Source of the DNA: Gammaproteobacteria bacterium
Lineage (GTDB): Bacteria > Pseudomonadota > Gammaproteobacteria > Eutrophobiales > Eutrophobiaceae
Reading direction: 5' to 3'
NCBI GenBank assembly: GCA_965221695.1
Contig: OZ244905.1
Span: 1,280,001-1,344,000, forward strand
Length of the DNA: 64,000 nucleotides
The notes beneath the pieces were generated by a model. It was given only the letters and a program-made list of their open reading frames with translations, had not been told where the DNA came from and searched no databases. Positions 20,275 to 28,903 of this stretch are shown one piece after another; position 1 is the first letter of the stretch; every line of letters starts with the position of its first letter. The position numbers and the translations under genes were made by a program.

Positions 20275-21498
20275 ATGCCTGGCAAGACAAAAAACATCTC
20301 CGTCGCAAACTTCAGTCTCAGCGACCTGCCTGACGATTACTACGACGACCCCTACCCTTACTACCGCGCATTGCGGGAACAGGATCCGGTACACCGCATG
20401 GCGGACGGCAGTTATTTCTTTACCCGCCACGCTGACCTGTTTCGCATCTACCGCGATGCGAAGCTGTTCATCTCCGACAAAAAGAAAATATTCAAACCAC
20501 TGTTCGGGGACACATTATTATACGAACACCATACGACCAGCCTGGTGTTCAACGACCCGCCGCTGCACACCCATGTGCGCAAAGCCATCGGCGACGCGCT
20601 CTCGCACAAGACCCTGGTGGCGATGGAACCGGGTCTGCGCCGGTTGACCGGGGAGCTGTTGGACCGCATCGAAGAGAAGAGAGAGTTCGACCTCATGGCG
20701 GATTTCGCGGCGCAGATTCCCGTCGAGGTGATCGGCAACCTGTTACGCCTGCCGCGGCAGGACCGCGGCGCGCTGCAACGCTGGGCCAACGCCATCCTGG
20801 GCGCTCTGGAATTCGACTTATCCCCGGACAAGCTTGACCACGGCAACCGCTGCGTCAAAGAGTTCCTGGATTACCTGGAAGGTCTGGTCGAAGACCGGCG
20901 CAACAATCTCTCGGATGATCACGACGACATACTGAGCCGGTTGATAAAATGGGAATCCGACGGCTTTGTACTCACCGGCAAACAGCTCTATCACCAGTGC
21001 ATTTTTATCCTGAACGCGGGCCATGAAACCACCGCCAACCTGATCGGCAACGGCGTATATTGCCTGCTCACCCACCCCGACCAACTGCGGTTGCTGAAAG
21101 ATCGGCCTGGTCTGATCGAGTCAGCAGTCGAAGAATTATTGAGATACGAAGCGCCGGTGCAGCTCGGCAACCGGCTTACGAGTACGGCTACGCAATTCGA
21201 TGACGTGATCATCCCTGCGCACACGAACCTGACTTTCGCCATTGGCGGGGCAAACCGGGACCCCGCGGTTTACCCGGACCCGGACCGGCTCGACCTTACC
21301 CGCAATCCGCGTAACCACATGGCCTTCGGCGGCGGGATTCACACCTGCGCCGGCCTCAACGTGGCGCGCCTCGAAGCCCGCATCGCCATTTCGGCATTGT
21401 TCAACCGCTTCCCCGACCTGACCCTGACCGGTTCACCGGTGCGGGACAAACGCGCCCGCTTCCGCGGCCTGCTGTCATTGCCAATGTCTGTTTACTGA
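20275..21498 (+). CDS. cytochrome P450
   Basis: AGHETT I-helix, EELLR (ExxR), FGGGIHTCAG heme-Cys. Confidence 0.95.
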   Translation: MPGKTKNISVANFSLSDLPDDYYDDPYPYYRALREQDPVHRMADGSYFFTRHADLFRIYRDAKLFISDKKKIFKPLFGDTLLYEHHTTSLVFNDPPLHTHVRKAIGDALSHKTLVAMEPGLRRLTGELLDRIEEKREFDLMADFAAQIPVEVIGNLLRLPRQDRGALQRWANAILGALEFDLSPDKLDHGNRCVKEFLDYLEGLVEDRRNNLSDDHDDILSRLIKWESDGFVLTGKQLYHQCIFILNAGHETTANLIGNGVYCLLTHPDQLRLLKDRPGLIESAVEELLRYEAPVQLGNRLTSTATQFDDVIIPAHTNLTFAIGGANRDPAVYPDPDRLDLTRNPRNHMAFGGGIHTCAGLNVARLEARIAISALFNRFPDLTLTGSPVRDKRARFRGLLSLPMSVY

Positions 21499-21562
21499 TT
21501 GTATGAACATGTATATACAGGATGATTTTTCATCCTGTATATCCTTTTCATCCATATTAAAC
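21499..21562. repeat. palindrome between convergent genes (possible bidirectional terminator)
   Basis: atatacaggatga-tttt-tcatcctgtatat. Confidence 0.55.
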
Positions 21563-21566
21563 CATC

Positions 21567-22001
21567 TTACTTCTCAAGCTTATCCAGTAATCCCTCAAGC
21601 TGGGATTGCTCCTCGGCAGTCAGTACCGCTTTCAACTGCGCCTCGTAGGAAAGCGCCAGCGGAACGATCTGCGCATACATGCCGTAACCCGCAGCGGACA
21701 GGGACAGAATCGAACGGCGCCGGTCTGTTCCGGAAAACTCACGGTCGAGCAGGCCCTTGCCCAGCAGTTTCGTCACCGCCCGGCTGACCGGGACCTTGTC
21801 CATTTCTGTCTCATTACAAACTTCGTCGGCGGACAACCCCGGTTGCTGGCCGAGCACGGCCATTACCCGCCATTCGGGTATGCTCAGGTTGAACCGTTCC
21901 GAGTACAGCCGGGCAAACGACGCGCTGATCCGGTTGGTGACGATGGAAAGCCGATAAGGCAGGAATTCCTTCAGGTTAAAACCCGGGTTCTGATTTTTCA
22001 T
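21567..22001 (-). CDS. MarR-family regulator (homogentisate-pathway associated)
   Basis: FLPYRLS, PEWRVM, VSRAV, DRRRS. Confidence 0.9.
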   Translation of the reverse strand: MKNQNPGFNLKEFLPYRLSIVTNRISASFARLYSERFNLSIPEWRVMAVLGQQPGLSADEVCNETEMDKVPVSRAVTKLLGKGLLDREFSGTDRRRSILSLSAAGYGMYAQIVPLALSYEAQLKAVLTAEEQSQLEGLLDKLEK

Positions 22002-22034
22002 GCTGCTTTTCGAATCAAAATCGAAGGGGGCAGA

Positions 22035-22197
22035 CTAGTACTCTTTCCAGTCATTTCTAACGTGTTCAGCGGCCTGGGGCGATTGAGCGCAAGGCGCGCA
22101 GCGCAGGGAATGGTGCACTATTCTCTGCGGACTGCGCCTTGCCTTGGATCCACGGCTTCGCCCTGAACATGTCAGAAGCAACTTGAAAGGGTATTAG
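22035..22197. mobile_element. MITE-like element family C with about 35-bp imperfect terminal IRs
   Basis: ctagtactctttccagtcatttctaacgtgttcag versus reverse complement of right end ctaataccctttcaagttgcttctgacatgttcag. Confidence 0.7.
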
Positions 22198-22231
22198 ATT
22201 GATTATTCCGCCTGGAATCACTATCCGTTAA

Positions 22232-23566
22232 TCAAGATTTGAAATGCTTTTTCAGCTTTTGCCAGCACTCCACATAATTCCGTTGCCGCTGCGCCGACTC
22301 CAGCGCGAACCGGGTCGGTTGGATCATATACCGGGACTCGAACATGAAAGCCATCGTATCCGTTTGCTTGACCGGAACCAGCCTGGTATTGGAGGAACCG
22401 TCAAAAGCCGCATCGTCCGGCCCGTGGGCGGCCATGCAGTTATGCAGGCTGGCCCCGCCCGGCACGAAGCCTTCCGGCTTGGCGTCGTATACACCGTAGA
22501 TCAAGCCCATGAACTCGCTCATGATATTGCGGTGATACCAGGGCGCGCGGAAAGTATCCTCTCCCACCATCCAGCGCGGTGGGAAGATCACAAAGTCCAC
22601 ATTGGCTGTCCCGGCCGTGTCGGAAGGGGACGTCAGCACCGTGTAAATGGAAGGGTCGGGATGGTCATAACTGACCGTGCCCATGACGTTGAATAATTCC
22701 AGGTTGTACTTGAAAGGCAGTGAATTGCCCACCCAGGCGACCACGTCCAGGGGTGAGTGATCGATGGCGCACGCATACAGCCTGCCGGCAAACTTGCACA
22801 CCATCTCGAACTCGCCCTCACGGTCCTCGTAAGCGGCAACGGGCGCCTTGAAATCGCGGTCGTTAGCAAACCCGTCCGAGCCCACGGGGCCGCGTTCCGG
22901 CAGGCGCAAGTGGGCGCCGTAATTTTCGCAGACATAGCCGCGGCTGGGGCCGTCCGGCAATGCCACCGCAAACTTCATCCCGCGCGGGATCAAGATGACC
23001 TCGCCGGGGGATGCATCAAGCCGGCCACACTCCGTATGGATGTCCAGACGTCCCTGTTGCGGCACGATCAGCAGTTCACCGTCCGCATCGTAGAAATAGC
23101 GGTCTTCCATGGAGCGGTTCGCCAGGTAGTAATGGATGCCGCAACCGATCTGGGTGGCCGCGTCGCCATTGGCGGCAAATGTGACCAGGCCGTCAATGAA
23201 ATCAGCGGGCGCCTCCGGTATCGGGATGGGATCCCAGCGCATCTGGTTGGGCGGCGCCGGCACATCCGTGATAGGCCCGTTAACGATGTGCGTCTGCTCC
23301 AGGGGACGGAAATCGCGATGCATCACCGAGGGCCGGATGCGATAAAACCAGGTGCGGCGATTTGACTCGCGGGGCGCGGTAAATGCGGTGCTGCTGAGCT
23401 TCTCCGCATACAACCCGTAAGCCACCTTCTGCGGGGAGAACCTGCCCTGCGGCAAAGCCCCCGCCAGGGCCTCGGATTCATGCTCGTTGCCGAACCCGTT
23501 CAGGTATTCATACGCCTGCGCGGTGTCCACAACTTCTGCCACCGTTGGGCTGATAACTGTTGCCAT
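22232..23566 (-). CDS. hmgA: homogentisate 1,2-dioxygenase
   Basis: [46 protein letters not shown]. Confidence 0.97.
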   Translation of the reverse strand: MATVISPTVAEVVDTAQAYEYLNGFGNEHESEALAGALPQGRFSPQKVAYGLYAEKLSSTAFTAPRESNRRTWFYRIRPSVMHRDFRPLEQTHIVNGPITDVPAPPNQMRWDPIPIPEAPADFIDGLVTFAANGDAATQIGCGIHYYLANRSMEDRYFYDADGELLIVPQQGRLDIHTECGRLDASPGEVILIPRGMKFAVALPDGPSRGYVCENYGAHLRLPERGPVGSDGFANDRDFKAPVAAYEDREGEFEMVCKFAGRLYACAIDHSPLDVVAWVGNSLPFKYNLELFNVMGTVSYDHPDPSIYTVLTSPSDTAGTANVDFVIFPPRWMVGEDTFRAPWYHRNIMSEFMGLIYGVYDAKPEGFVPGGASLHNCMAAHGPDDAAFDGSSNTRLVPVKQTDTMAFMFESRYMIQPTRFALESAQRQRNYVECWQKLKKHFKS

Positions 23567-23601
23567 GATGAATCTCCTGCGTTACTCGTTAACATACAGT
23601 A

Positions 23602-23619
23602 TAGTTACAAATGAAACTA
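23602..23619. promoter_or_regulatory. palindromic MarR-type operator TAGTTACAAATGAAACTA
   Basis: Reverse complement matches the site at 25180 at 17/18 positions. Confidence 0.75.
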
Positions 23620-23639
23620 ATTACAACAAACCATATACA

Positions 23640-23677
23640 CAAGCCTTATACTCAAGCCTTATACTCAAGCCTTATAC
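23640..23677. repeat. 13-bp tandem repeat (CAAGCCTTATACT) x3
   Basis: Read directly in the hmgA/kynU divergent intergenic region. Confidence 0.9.
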
Positions 23678-23759
23678 GACACAAACACGAATTGATTTTG
23701 TCGGTACATCTCTGTACCGTTGGAACCTCTGGCTTAGTCTTTAATGGGGATGCCTGTTC

Positions 23760-25064
23760 GTGAAACAAATCAACTTTACCAACGAACACAACAGCCTGGT
23801 GGCAGCCCGGCGGTTTGACCAGGCGGATGAACTGGCCGGGCTGCGCGCCGAGTTCACGTTCCCCACGAACTCCGAAGGTGAACCCTTGCTGTATTTTGCC
23901 GGACACTCGCTCGGCCTGATGCCTAATCGCGCCCGGGCGGCGCTGAATACGGAGTGCGATACCTGGGGCAAGTACGCGGTGAAAGGCCATTTTGAGACCG
24001 ATCATCCCTGGGCGCGCTCTCATACCTTTGTCGCAGACAGTCTGGCGCACATTGCCGGTGCGCAGCCGAGCGAAGTGATCGCGATGAACACCCTCACCGT
24101 CAACCTGCACCTGATGCTGGTCAGTTTTTATCGTCCAACGCAGAAACGTTACAAGATAATCATCGAAAAAAACGCGTTCCCGTCTGATCAATACGCAGTT
24201 GACTCACAGGCCCGCTTCCATGGGTTTGACCCAGATGATGCGATCGTCGAACTGCAACCGAAACCGGGACAACTGGCCATGGACGATGCTGATGTCCTTG
24301 AGCAGATCGAGGCAGTGGGTGACGAACTGGCGCTGGTGATGTTGGGCAACTGCAATTATCTCTCCGGCCAGTGTTTCGATATGCGCGCGATCAGTGCACT
24401 GGGGCACAGCATGGGCGCGATGGTCGGTTTCAACCTGGCCCACGGCGCCGGCAATATCCTGCTCAACCTGCACGATGATGACGTGGATTTTGCGGTATGG
24501 TGCTGCTACAAGTTCCTCAACGCCGGTCCCGGCGGTATTGCTGCGGCGTTCGTCCATGAACGGCATCACGGCAAGAATGATATTCCACGCTTTGATGGTT
24601 GGTGGGGCACTAAGGAGAGCGGCCGCTTCAAAATGCGCCGCAAGATAGACCGCATCCCGACCGCGGCAGGGTGGGCCATGTCCAACCCCCCTGTCTTTCA
24701 AATGGCGGCGCTGCGCGCCAGCCTGGAGTTGTTCGATGCGGCGACCATGCCCAGGCTACGCGCAAAGAGCATCGCGCTCAGCGCTTACCTTGAATGGCTG
24801 TTACGACGAAACGCCGGCGAGTTCGTAGAGGTGTTAACACCTCCTCATTGCCCGGAGAAACAAGCCCGAGGCTGCACACTGTCCTTGCGCTTCAGAAAAA
24901 ACCCCCAGGGCATGCTGCAAGTCCTGTCCGACCAGGGCGCCATCACCGACTTTCGTGAACCGGACATCATTCGCGTCGCGCCCATCCCGCTCTATAACAG
25001 CTTTGAGGATGTCTACCGCTTCAGTGAAATTGTAGCGGAGTTTTGCGGTAATAATTTGTTATGA
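23760..25064 (+). CDS. kynU: kynureninase
   Basis: YFAGHSLGL, MNTLTVNLHL, FPSDQY, LAHGAGN, WCCYKFLNAGPG, GWWG, SNPP. Confidence 0.95.
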   Translation: MKQINFTNEHNSLVAARRFDQADELAGLRAEFTFPTNSEGEPLLYFAGHSLGLMPNRARAALNTECDTWGKYAVKGHFETDHPWARSHTFVADSLAHIAGAQPSEVIAMNTLTVNLHLMLVSFYRPTQKRYKIIIEKNAFPSDQYAVDSQARFHGFDPDDAIVELQPKPGQLAMDDADVLEQIEAVGDELALVMLGNCNYLSGQCFDMRAISALGHSMGAMVGFNLAHGAGNILLNLHDDDVDFAVWCCYKFLNAGPGGIAAAFVHERHHGKNDIPRFDGWWGTKESGRFKMRRKIDRIPTAAGWAMSNPPVFQMAALRASLELFDAATMPRLRAKSIALSAYLEWLLRRNAGEFVEVLTPPHCPEKQARGCTLSLRFRKNPQGMLQVLSDQGAITDFREPDIIRVAPIPLYNSFEDVYRFSEIVAEFCGNNLL

Positions 25065-25154
25065 GACAACGGGCCGCCCTTCGGGCGACACAGTTTTCGA
25101 CTGGACTCCCGCTTTAATGAGAATCCCAAGCCTTGCCCTGTAGTTGTTTAAAGA

Positions 25155-25197
25155 TTGACTTGACTTGCGCGGGCAAGTATAGTTTCATATGTAACTA
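25155..25197 (+). promoter_or_regulatory. sigma70 promoter with overlapping MarR-type operator
   Basis: TTGACT-17-TATAGT; palindrome TAGTTTCATATGTAACTA at 25180-25197. Confidence 0.75.
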
Positions 25198-25215
25198 ATT
25201 TCGAGGAGACAGTTT

Positions 25216-26208
25216 GTGAAACTCGCCAGTCTTAAACAGGGAGGGCGCGACGGTACCCTGGTGGTAGTCAACCGTGACATGAGCAGTGCAGTCAAAGCGC
25301 CAGATATCGCGCCGACCATGCAGATCGCGCTGGAAAACTGGGCAACAGCAGAACCCGCCCTGACAGAAGTCTTTGACCGTTTGCAGGCAGGAAATGTTGA
25401 AGGCGCCTTCGACTTCGACCCGAAACAGGTGGACGCGCCCCTGCCCCGCTCTTATCACTGGGCGGACGGCAGCGCCTACGTGACCCATGTCGAACTGGTG
25501 CGTAAGGCCCGCGGCGCCGAGTTGCCCGCATCCTTCTGGACCGACCCGCTGATGTACATGGGCGCTTCAGATGTGTTTCTCGGCCCCTGCGATGATGTCC
25601 CGCTGGAAAGCGAAGACTGGGGCATCGACTTTGAATCCGAAATTGCGGTCTTTACCGACGATGTGCCCGCAGGCATCACTCCCGAACAGGCAAGATCGCA
25701 TATCAAGCTGATCACCATCATCAACGATGTATCGTTGAGGAACCTGATCCCCGCGGAACTGGCCAAGCAATTCGGTTTCTACCAGTCCAAGCCCCATACC
25801 GCGTTCGCGCCAGTAGCAGTTACGCCGGACGAACTGGGCGATGCGTGGGATGGCGGCAAGATACACCTGCCCTTGCATTCCACGATGAACGGCATCAAGC
25901 TCGGGTCGCCCAATGCCGGTGTGGACAATACTTTTGACCTGCCCCGCCTGATCTCTCACGCAGCCAAGTCGCGCCCACTAACGGCGGGTACAGTGATCGG
26001 ATCTGGTACCGTATCCAACGTGGGCAGTCCGGACGGGTCGTCGTGTCTCGCGGAGATAAGATGCCTGGAAACCATTGCCAACGGCAAACCCACGACCGAA
26101 TTTATGAAATTCGGCGACCGCATTGAAATTGAAATGTTCGATGACAACGGCAATTCGATTTTCGGCCGGATCGACCAGGTCATCACCCAGTATCATCCCC
26201 CCGAGTAA
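25216..26208 (+). CDS. fumarylacetoacetate hydrolase family protein (HmgB-like)
   Basis: DGSAYVTHVELVR, IDFESE, NDVSLRN, GSGTVSN; located next to maiA. Confidence 0.88.
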   Translation: MKLASLKQGGRDGTLVVVNRDMSSAVKAPDIAPTMQIALENWATAEPALTEVFDRLQAGNVEGAFDFDPKQVDAPLPRSYHWADGSAYVTHVELVRKARGAELPASFWTDPLMYMGASDVFLGPCDDVPLESEDWGIDFESEIAVFTDDVPAGITPEQARSHIKLITIINDVSLRNLIPAELAKQFGFYQSKPHTAFAPVAVTPDELGDAWDGGKIHLPLHSTMNGIKLGSPNAGVDNTFDLPRLISHAAKSRPLTAGTVIGSGTVSNVGSPDGSSCLAEIRCLETIANGKPTTEFMKFGDRIEIEMFDDNGNSIFGRIDQVITQYHPPE

Positions 26209-26212
26209 ACTC

Positions 26213-26250
26213 TAAGGGAAACTCTGACTTAATCAGATGTTCCTACGGTA
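26213..26250. repeat. hairpin-1 fragment of repeat family A
   Basis: ggaaactctgacttaatcagatgttcctacg. Confidence 0.7.
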
Positions 26251-26282
26251 TGAGGGTCCATGTTAAATTTATCGGGTAAAGC

Positions 26283-26930
26283 ATGAAACTATACAGCTAC
26301 TGGCGTTCGTCTGCGGCGTACCGGGTGCGCATAGCGCTCAACCTGAAAGGGCTGGATTATGAGGTCGTACCGGTACACCTGCTGAAAGAGGGGGGCGAGC
26401 AATACCTGGCTGAATACCGGTCGAGAAATCCCCAGGGGCTGCTCCCCGCGCTGGTGGACGGCGATATCTGTCTTGGCCAATCCCTCGCGATCCTGGACTA
26501 CCTGGAAGAGCGTTACCCGGAACCGCCCCTGCTCCCACAGACCCTGGCCGAGCGTTCTTTTGCCCGGCAATTCTCCCTGGCCGTTGCTTGCGACATCCAC
26601 CCGCTGAACAACCTGCGCGTGCTGAAATACCTGAAGCAGACGATGCAACAAGAGGATGAAGCAAGGAATGCCTGGTATCACCACTGGATTAAGACCGGTT
26701 TCAGCGCGCTGGAACAACTGCTGAACGGCAGAAACCGGCAAGGCCCTTATTGTCTCGGCAGACAAGTCACCATCGCTGATGCCTGCCTGGTACCACAAAT
26801 GTATAATGCCCGCCGCTTTGAAGTATCCATGAACGACTACCCCAACCTGGTTGAAATTGAACAGGCCTGCATGGAGCTGGAGGCATTCCGGCAAGCGGCG
26901 CCGGAAAACCAGGTAGACGCGAATACTTAA
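26283..26930 (+). CDS. maiA: maleylacetoacetate isomerase (GST zeta)
   Basis: YWRSSAAYRVRIALNLK, CDIHPLNNLRVL, ADACLVPQ. Confidence 0.96.
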   Translation: MKLYSYWRSSAAYRVRIALNLKGLDYEVVPVHLLKEGGEQYLAEYRSRNPQGLLPALVDGDICLGQSLAILDYLEERYPEPPLLPQTLAERSFARQFSLAVACDIHPLNNLRVLKYLKQTMQQEDEARNAWYHHWIKTGFSALEQLLNGRNRQGPYCLGRQVTIADACLVPQMYNARRFEVSMNDYPNLVEIEQACMELEAFRQAAPENQVDANT

Positions 26931-27006
26931 GAAAGCGCTGAACAAGCCCATCCGGGACTTGTCAGAGCACGCACATCCCTGTACCGTTAGCGCCCCTGAC
27001 TTAATC
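26928..27006 (-). repeat. degenerate, internally deleted copy of repeat family A
   Basis: ctgaacaagcccatccgggacttgtcagag...acatccctgtaccgt...ctgacttaatc; begins at the maiA TAA. Confidence 0.7.
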
Positions 27007-27023
27007 CTAAAGAGAAGCAAACC

Positions 27024-27722
27024 ATGTCCGGATTTGACAAAGTTGTAAGCAGCTATGCCAAGGCGCTGGACGGCCTGCAGGACGGCATGACCATCATCGC
27101 CGGCGGCTTCGGCCTGTGCGGCATCCCCGAAGGCTGTATCGCCCGAATCAGGGAGATGGGCGTCTGCGACCTCACTATTGTTTCCAACAACTGCGGCGTG
27201 GACGACTTCGGCCTGGGCCTGTTGCTGGAAGGCAGGCAGATCAAAAAAATGGTCTCGTCCTATGTGGGCGAGAATGCCATCTTCGAGCAGCAGTTTCTTG
27301 ACGGCGAGCTGGAAGTGGAACTCACGCCCCAAGGCACGCTGGCAGAGAAAATGCGGGCCGGCGGCGCCGGCATACCCGCGTTCTACACTGCCACCGGTTA
27401 CGGCACGCCGGTGGGGGAAGGCAAGGAGGTGCGCGAATTCAATGGCCGCAAGTACATCCTGGAGGAATCGGTCACCGGTGACTTTGCTATCGTCAAGGGC
27501 TGGAAGGCGGACCGCTACGGCAACATCATCTACCGCCACACCGCGCAGAATTTCAACCCGATGGCCGCCACCGCCGGCCGTATCACGGTGGTGGAAGTGG
27601 AGGAGATAGTGGAACCCGGTGAACTGGACCCCGCCGTTATCCACACACCCGGCATCTACGTGAACCGGCTGATACAAGGCGAGTTCGAGAAACGCATCGA
27701 ACAAAAAACGATCACGGAGTAA
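27024..27722 (+). CDS. scoA: 3-oxoacid CoA-transferase subunit A
   Basis: [34 protein letters not shown]. Confidence 0.93.
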   Translation: MSGFDKVVSSYAKALDGLQDGMTIIAGGFGLCGIPEGCIARIREMGVCDLTIVSNNCGVDDFGLGLLLEGRQIKKMVSSYVGENAIFEQQFLDGELEVELTPQGTLAEKMRAGGAGIPAFYTATGYGTPVGEGKEVREFNGRKYILEESVTGDFAIVKGWKADRYGNIIYRHTAQNFNPMAATAGRITVVEVEEIVEPGELDPAVIHTPGIYVNRLIQGEFEKRIEQKTITE

Positions 27723-27726
27723 TCCT

Positions 27727-28383
27727 ATGGCGCTTTCAAGAGAACAAATGGCAATGCGGGTGGCGCGCGAATTGCGCGATGGCTATTATGTCAATCTCGG
27801 CATTGGCATCCCCACCCTGGTCGCTAACTACATACCGGATGGCATGGAAGTGATGCTGCAATCAGAAAACGGCCTGCTCGGTACAGGGCCGTTCCCCACC
27901 GAAGAACAACTGGACGCAGACCTGATCAACGCCGGCAAGCAGACCGTGACTACCGTCACCGGCGCCTCCATCTTCAATTCAGCCGAATCCTTCGCAATGA
28001 TCCGCGGCGGCCATGTGGACCTGACGGTGCTGGGGGCGTTTGAAGTGGATGTGGAAGGCAACATCGCGTCCTGGATGATCCCGGGCAAACTGGTAAAAGG
28101 CATGGGCGGCGCGATGGACCTGGTGGCTGGCGCGGACAACATCATCGTCACCATGACCCATGCCAGCAAGAACGGCGCCTCCAAGCTGCTGCGGAACTGC
28201 TCGCTGCCCCTGACCGGCGCCGGCTGCATTAACAAAGTCGTGACCGACCTGGCCTATGTGGAGATCAACGACGGCAAATTCTGGCTCAAGGAACGCGCGC
28301 CGGGCGTCAGCGTGGACGAGATTATGGCAAAGACCAGCGGCGAAATGGTTGTGCCGGAGACCACGCCGGAGATGGAAATCTAA
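27727..28383 (+). CDS. scoB: 3-oxoacid CoA-transferase subunit B
   Basis: VNLGIGIPT, LQSENG (catalytic Glu), KGMGGAMDL. Confidence 0.93.
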   Translation: MALSREQMAMRVARELRDGYYVNLGIGIPTLVANYIPDGMEVMLQSENGLLGTGPFPTEEQLDADLINAGKQTVTTVTGASIFNSAESFAMIRGGHVDLTVLGAFEVDVEGNIASWMIPGKLVKGMGGAMDLVAGADNIIVTMTHASKNGASKLLRNCSLPLTGAGCINKVVTDLAYVEINDGKFWLKERAPGVSVDEIMAKTSGEMVVPETTPEMEI

Positions 28384-28538
28384 GGAAACTCTGAACAAGT
28401 CCATCCTGGACTTGTCAGAGTACGTAAAACAAAAATGCGATTTTTGTTTTCCTCGCAATATCAATGCCTTACAGTCATTGATATTGACGATACATCCTTG
28501 TATCGTAGGAACCTCTGACTTAATCAGAGGTTCCTTAA
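28381..28538 (-). mobile_element. repeat family A, full 158-bp copy (reverse)
   Basis: Reverse complement of 15314-15471 with few substitutions; starts at the scoB TAA. Confidence 0.9.
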
Positions 28539-28615
28539 GACGCGCCCTCCTGAATAGACCTGCGTCTGACCGGACCAGCAACGAGGTTATACCAGTCAAA
28601 CAACCTGTTACGTAC

Positions 28616-28673
28616 GGAAAACGTGCAAAACATCACGTTTTTCCCACGTAAAACGTGATTCTCTGCACGTTTT
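28616..28673. promoter_or_regulatory. long palindrome (orphan operator-like)
   Basis: ggaaaacgtgcaaaacatcacgtttt-N8-aaaacgtgattctctgcacgtttcc. Confidence 0.55.
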
Positions 28674-28685
28674 CCGGACATAACG

Positions 28686-28835
28686 AAGAATCTGCTGGCT
28701 TTTGCCGGCAGGTATCACCCCTCCCGGCTGGTAAGAACAACACTGATGAACCTGCGGCAGGACGGCAGGGTACTGAATATCCCGTTGTACCTGCTGCACA
28801 GGTTTCCCGGGATTGTGCTTGGCCAGGCGAACTGA
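28686..28835 (+). pseudogene. C-terminal remnant of an AAA-DUF4143 ATPase
   Basis: Manual translation KNLLAFAGRYHPSRLVRTTLMNLRQDGRVLNIPLYLLHRF...*; shares LNIPxYL tail with 10867-12231. Confidence 0.65.
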
Positions 28836-28903
28836 GGTCGAAACAAACCTGCCTGTTGAACAGAAGCAAGACATTCTATTCCCGGTTATGATATAAGATC
28901 ATC

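Noticed and set aside
20016-20297. 94-aa N-terminal extension of the AOR ORF
   Set aside because: Runs through a REP-like palindrome and overlaps the P450 start; a good RBS precedes ATG 20015
26289-27704. Long antisense ORFs (also 489-1352, 15954-16916, 18225-19298, 57378-58319)
   Set aside because: Opposite well-supported genes in GC-rich DNA and lacking motifs
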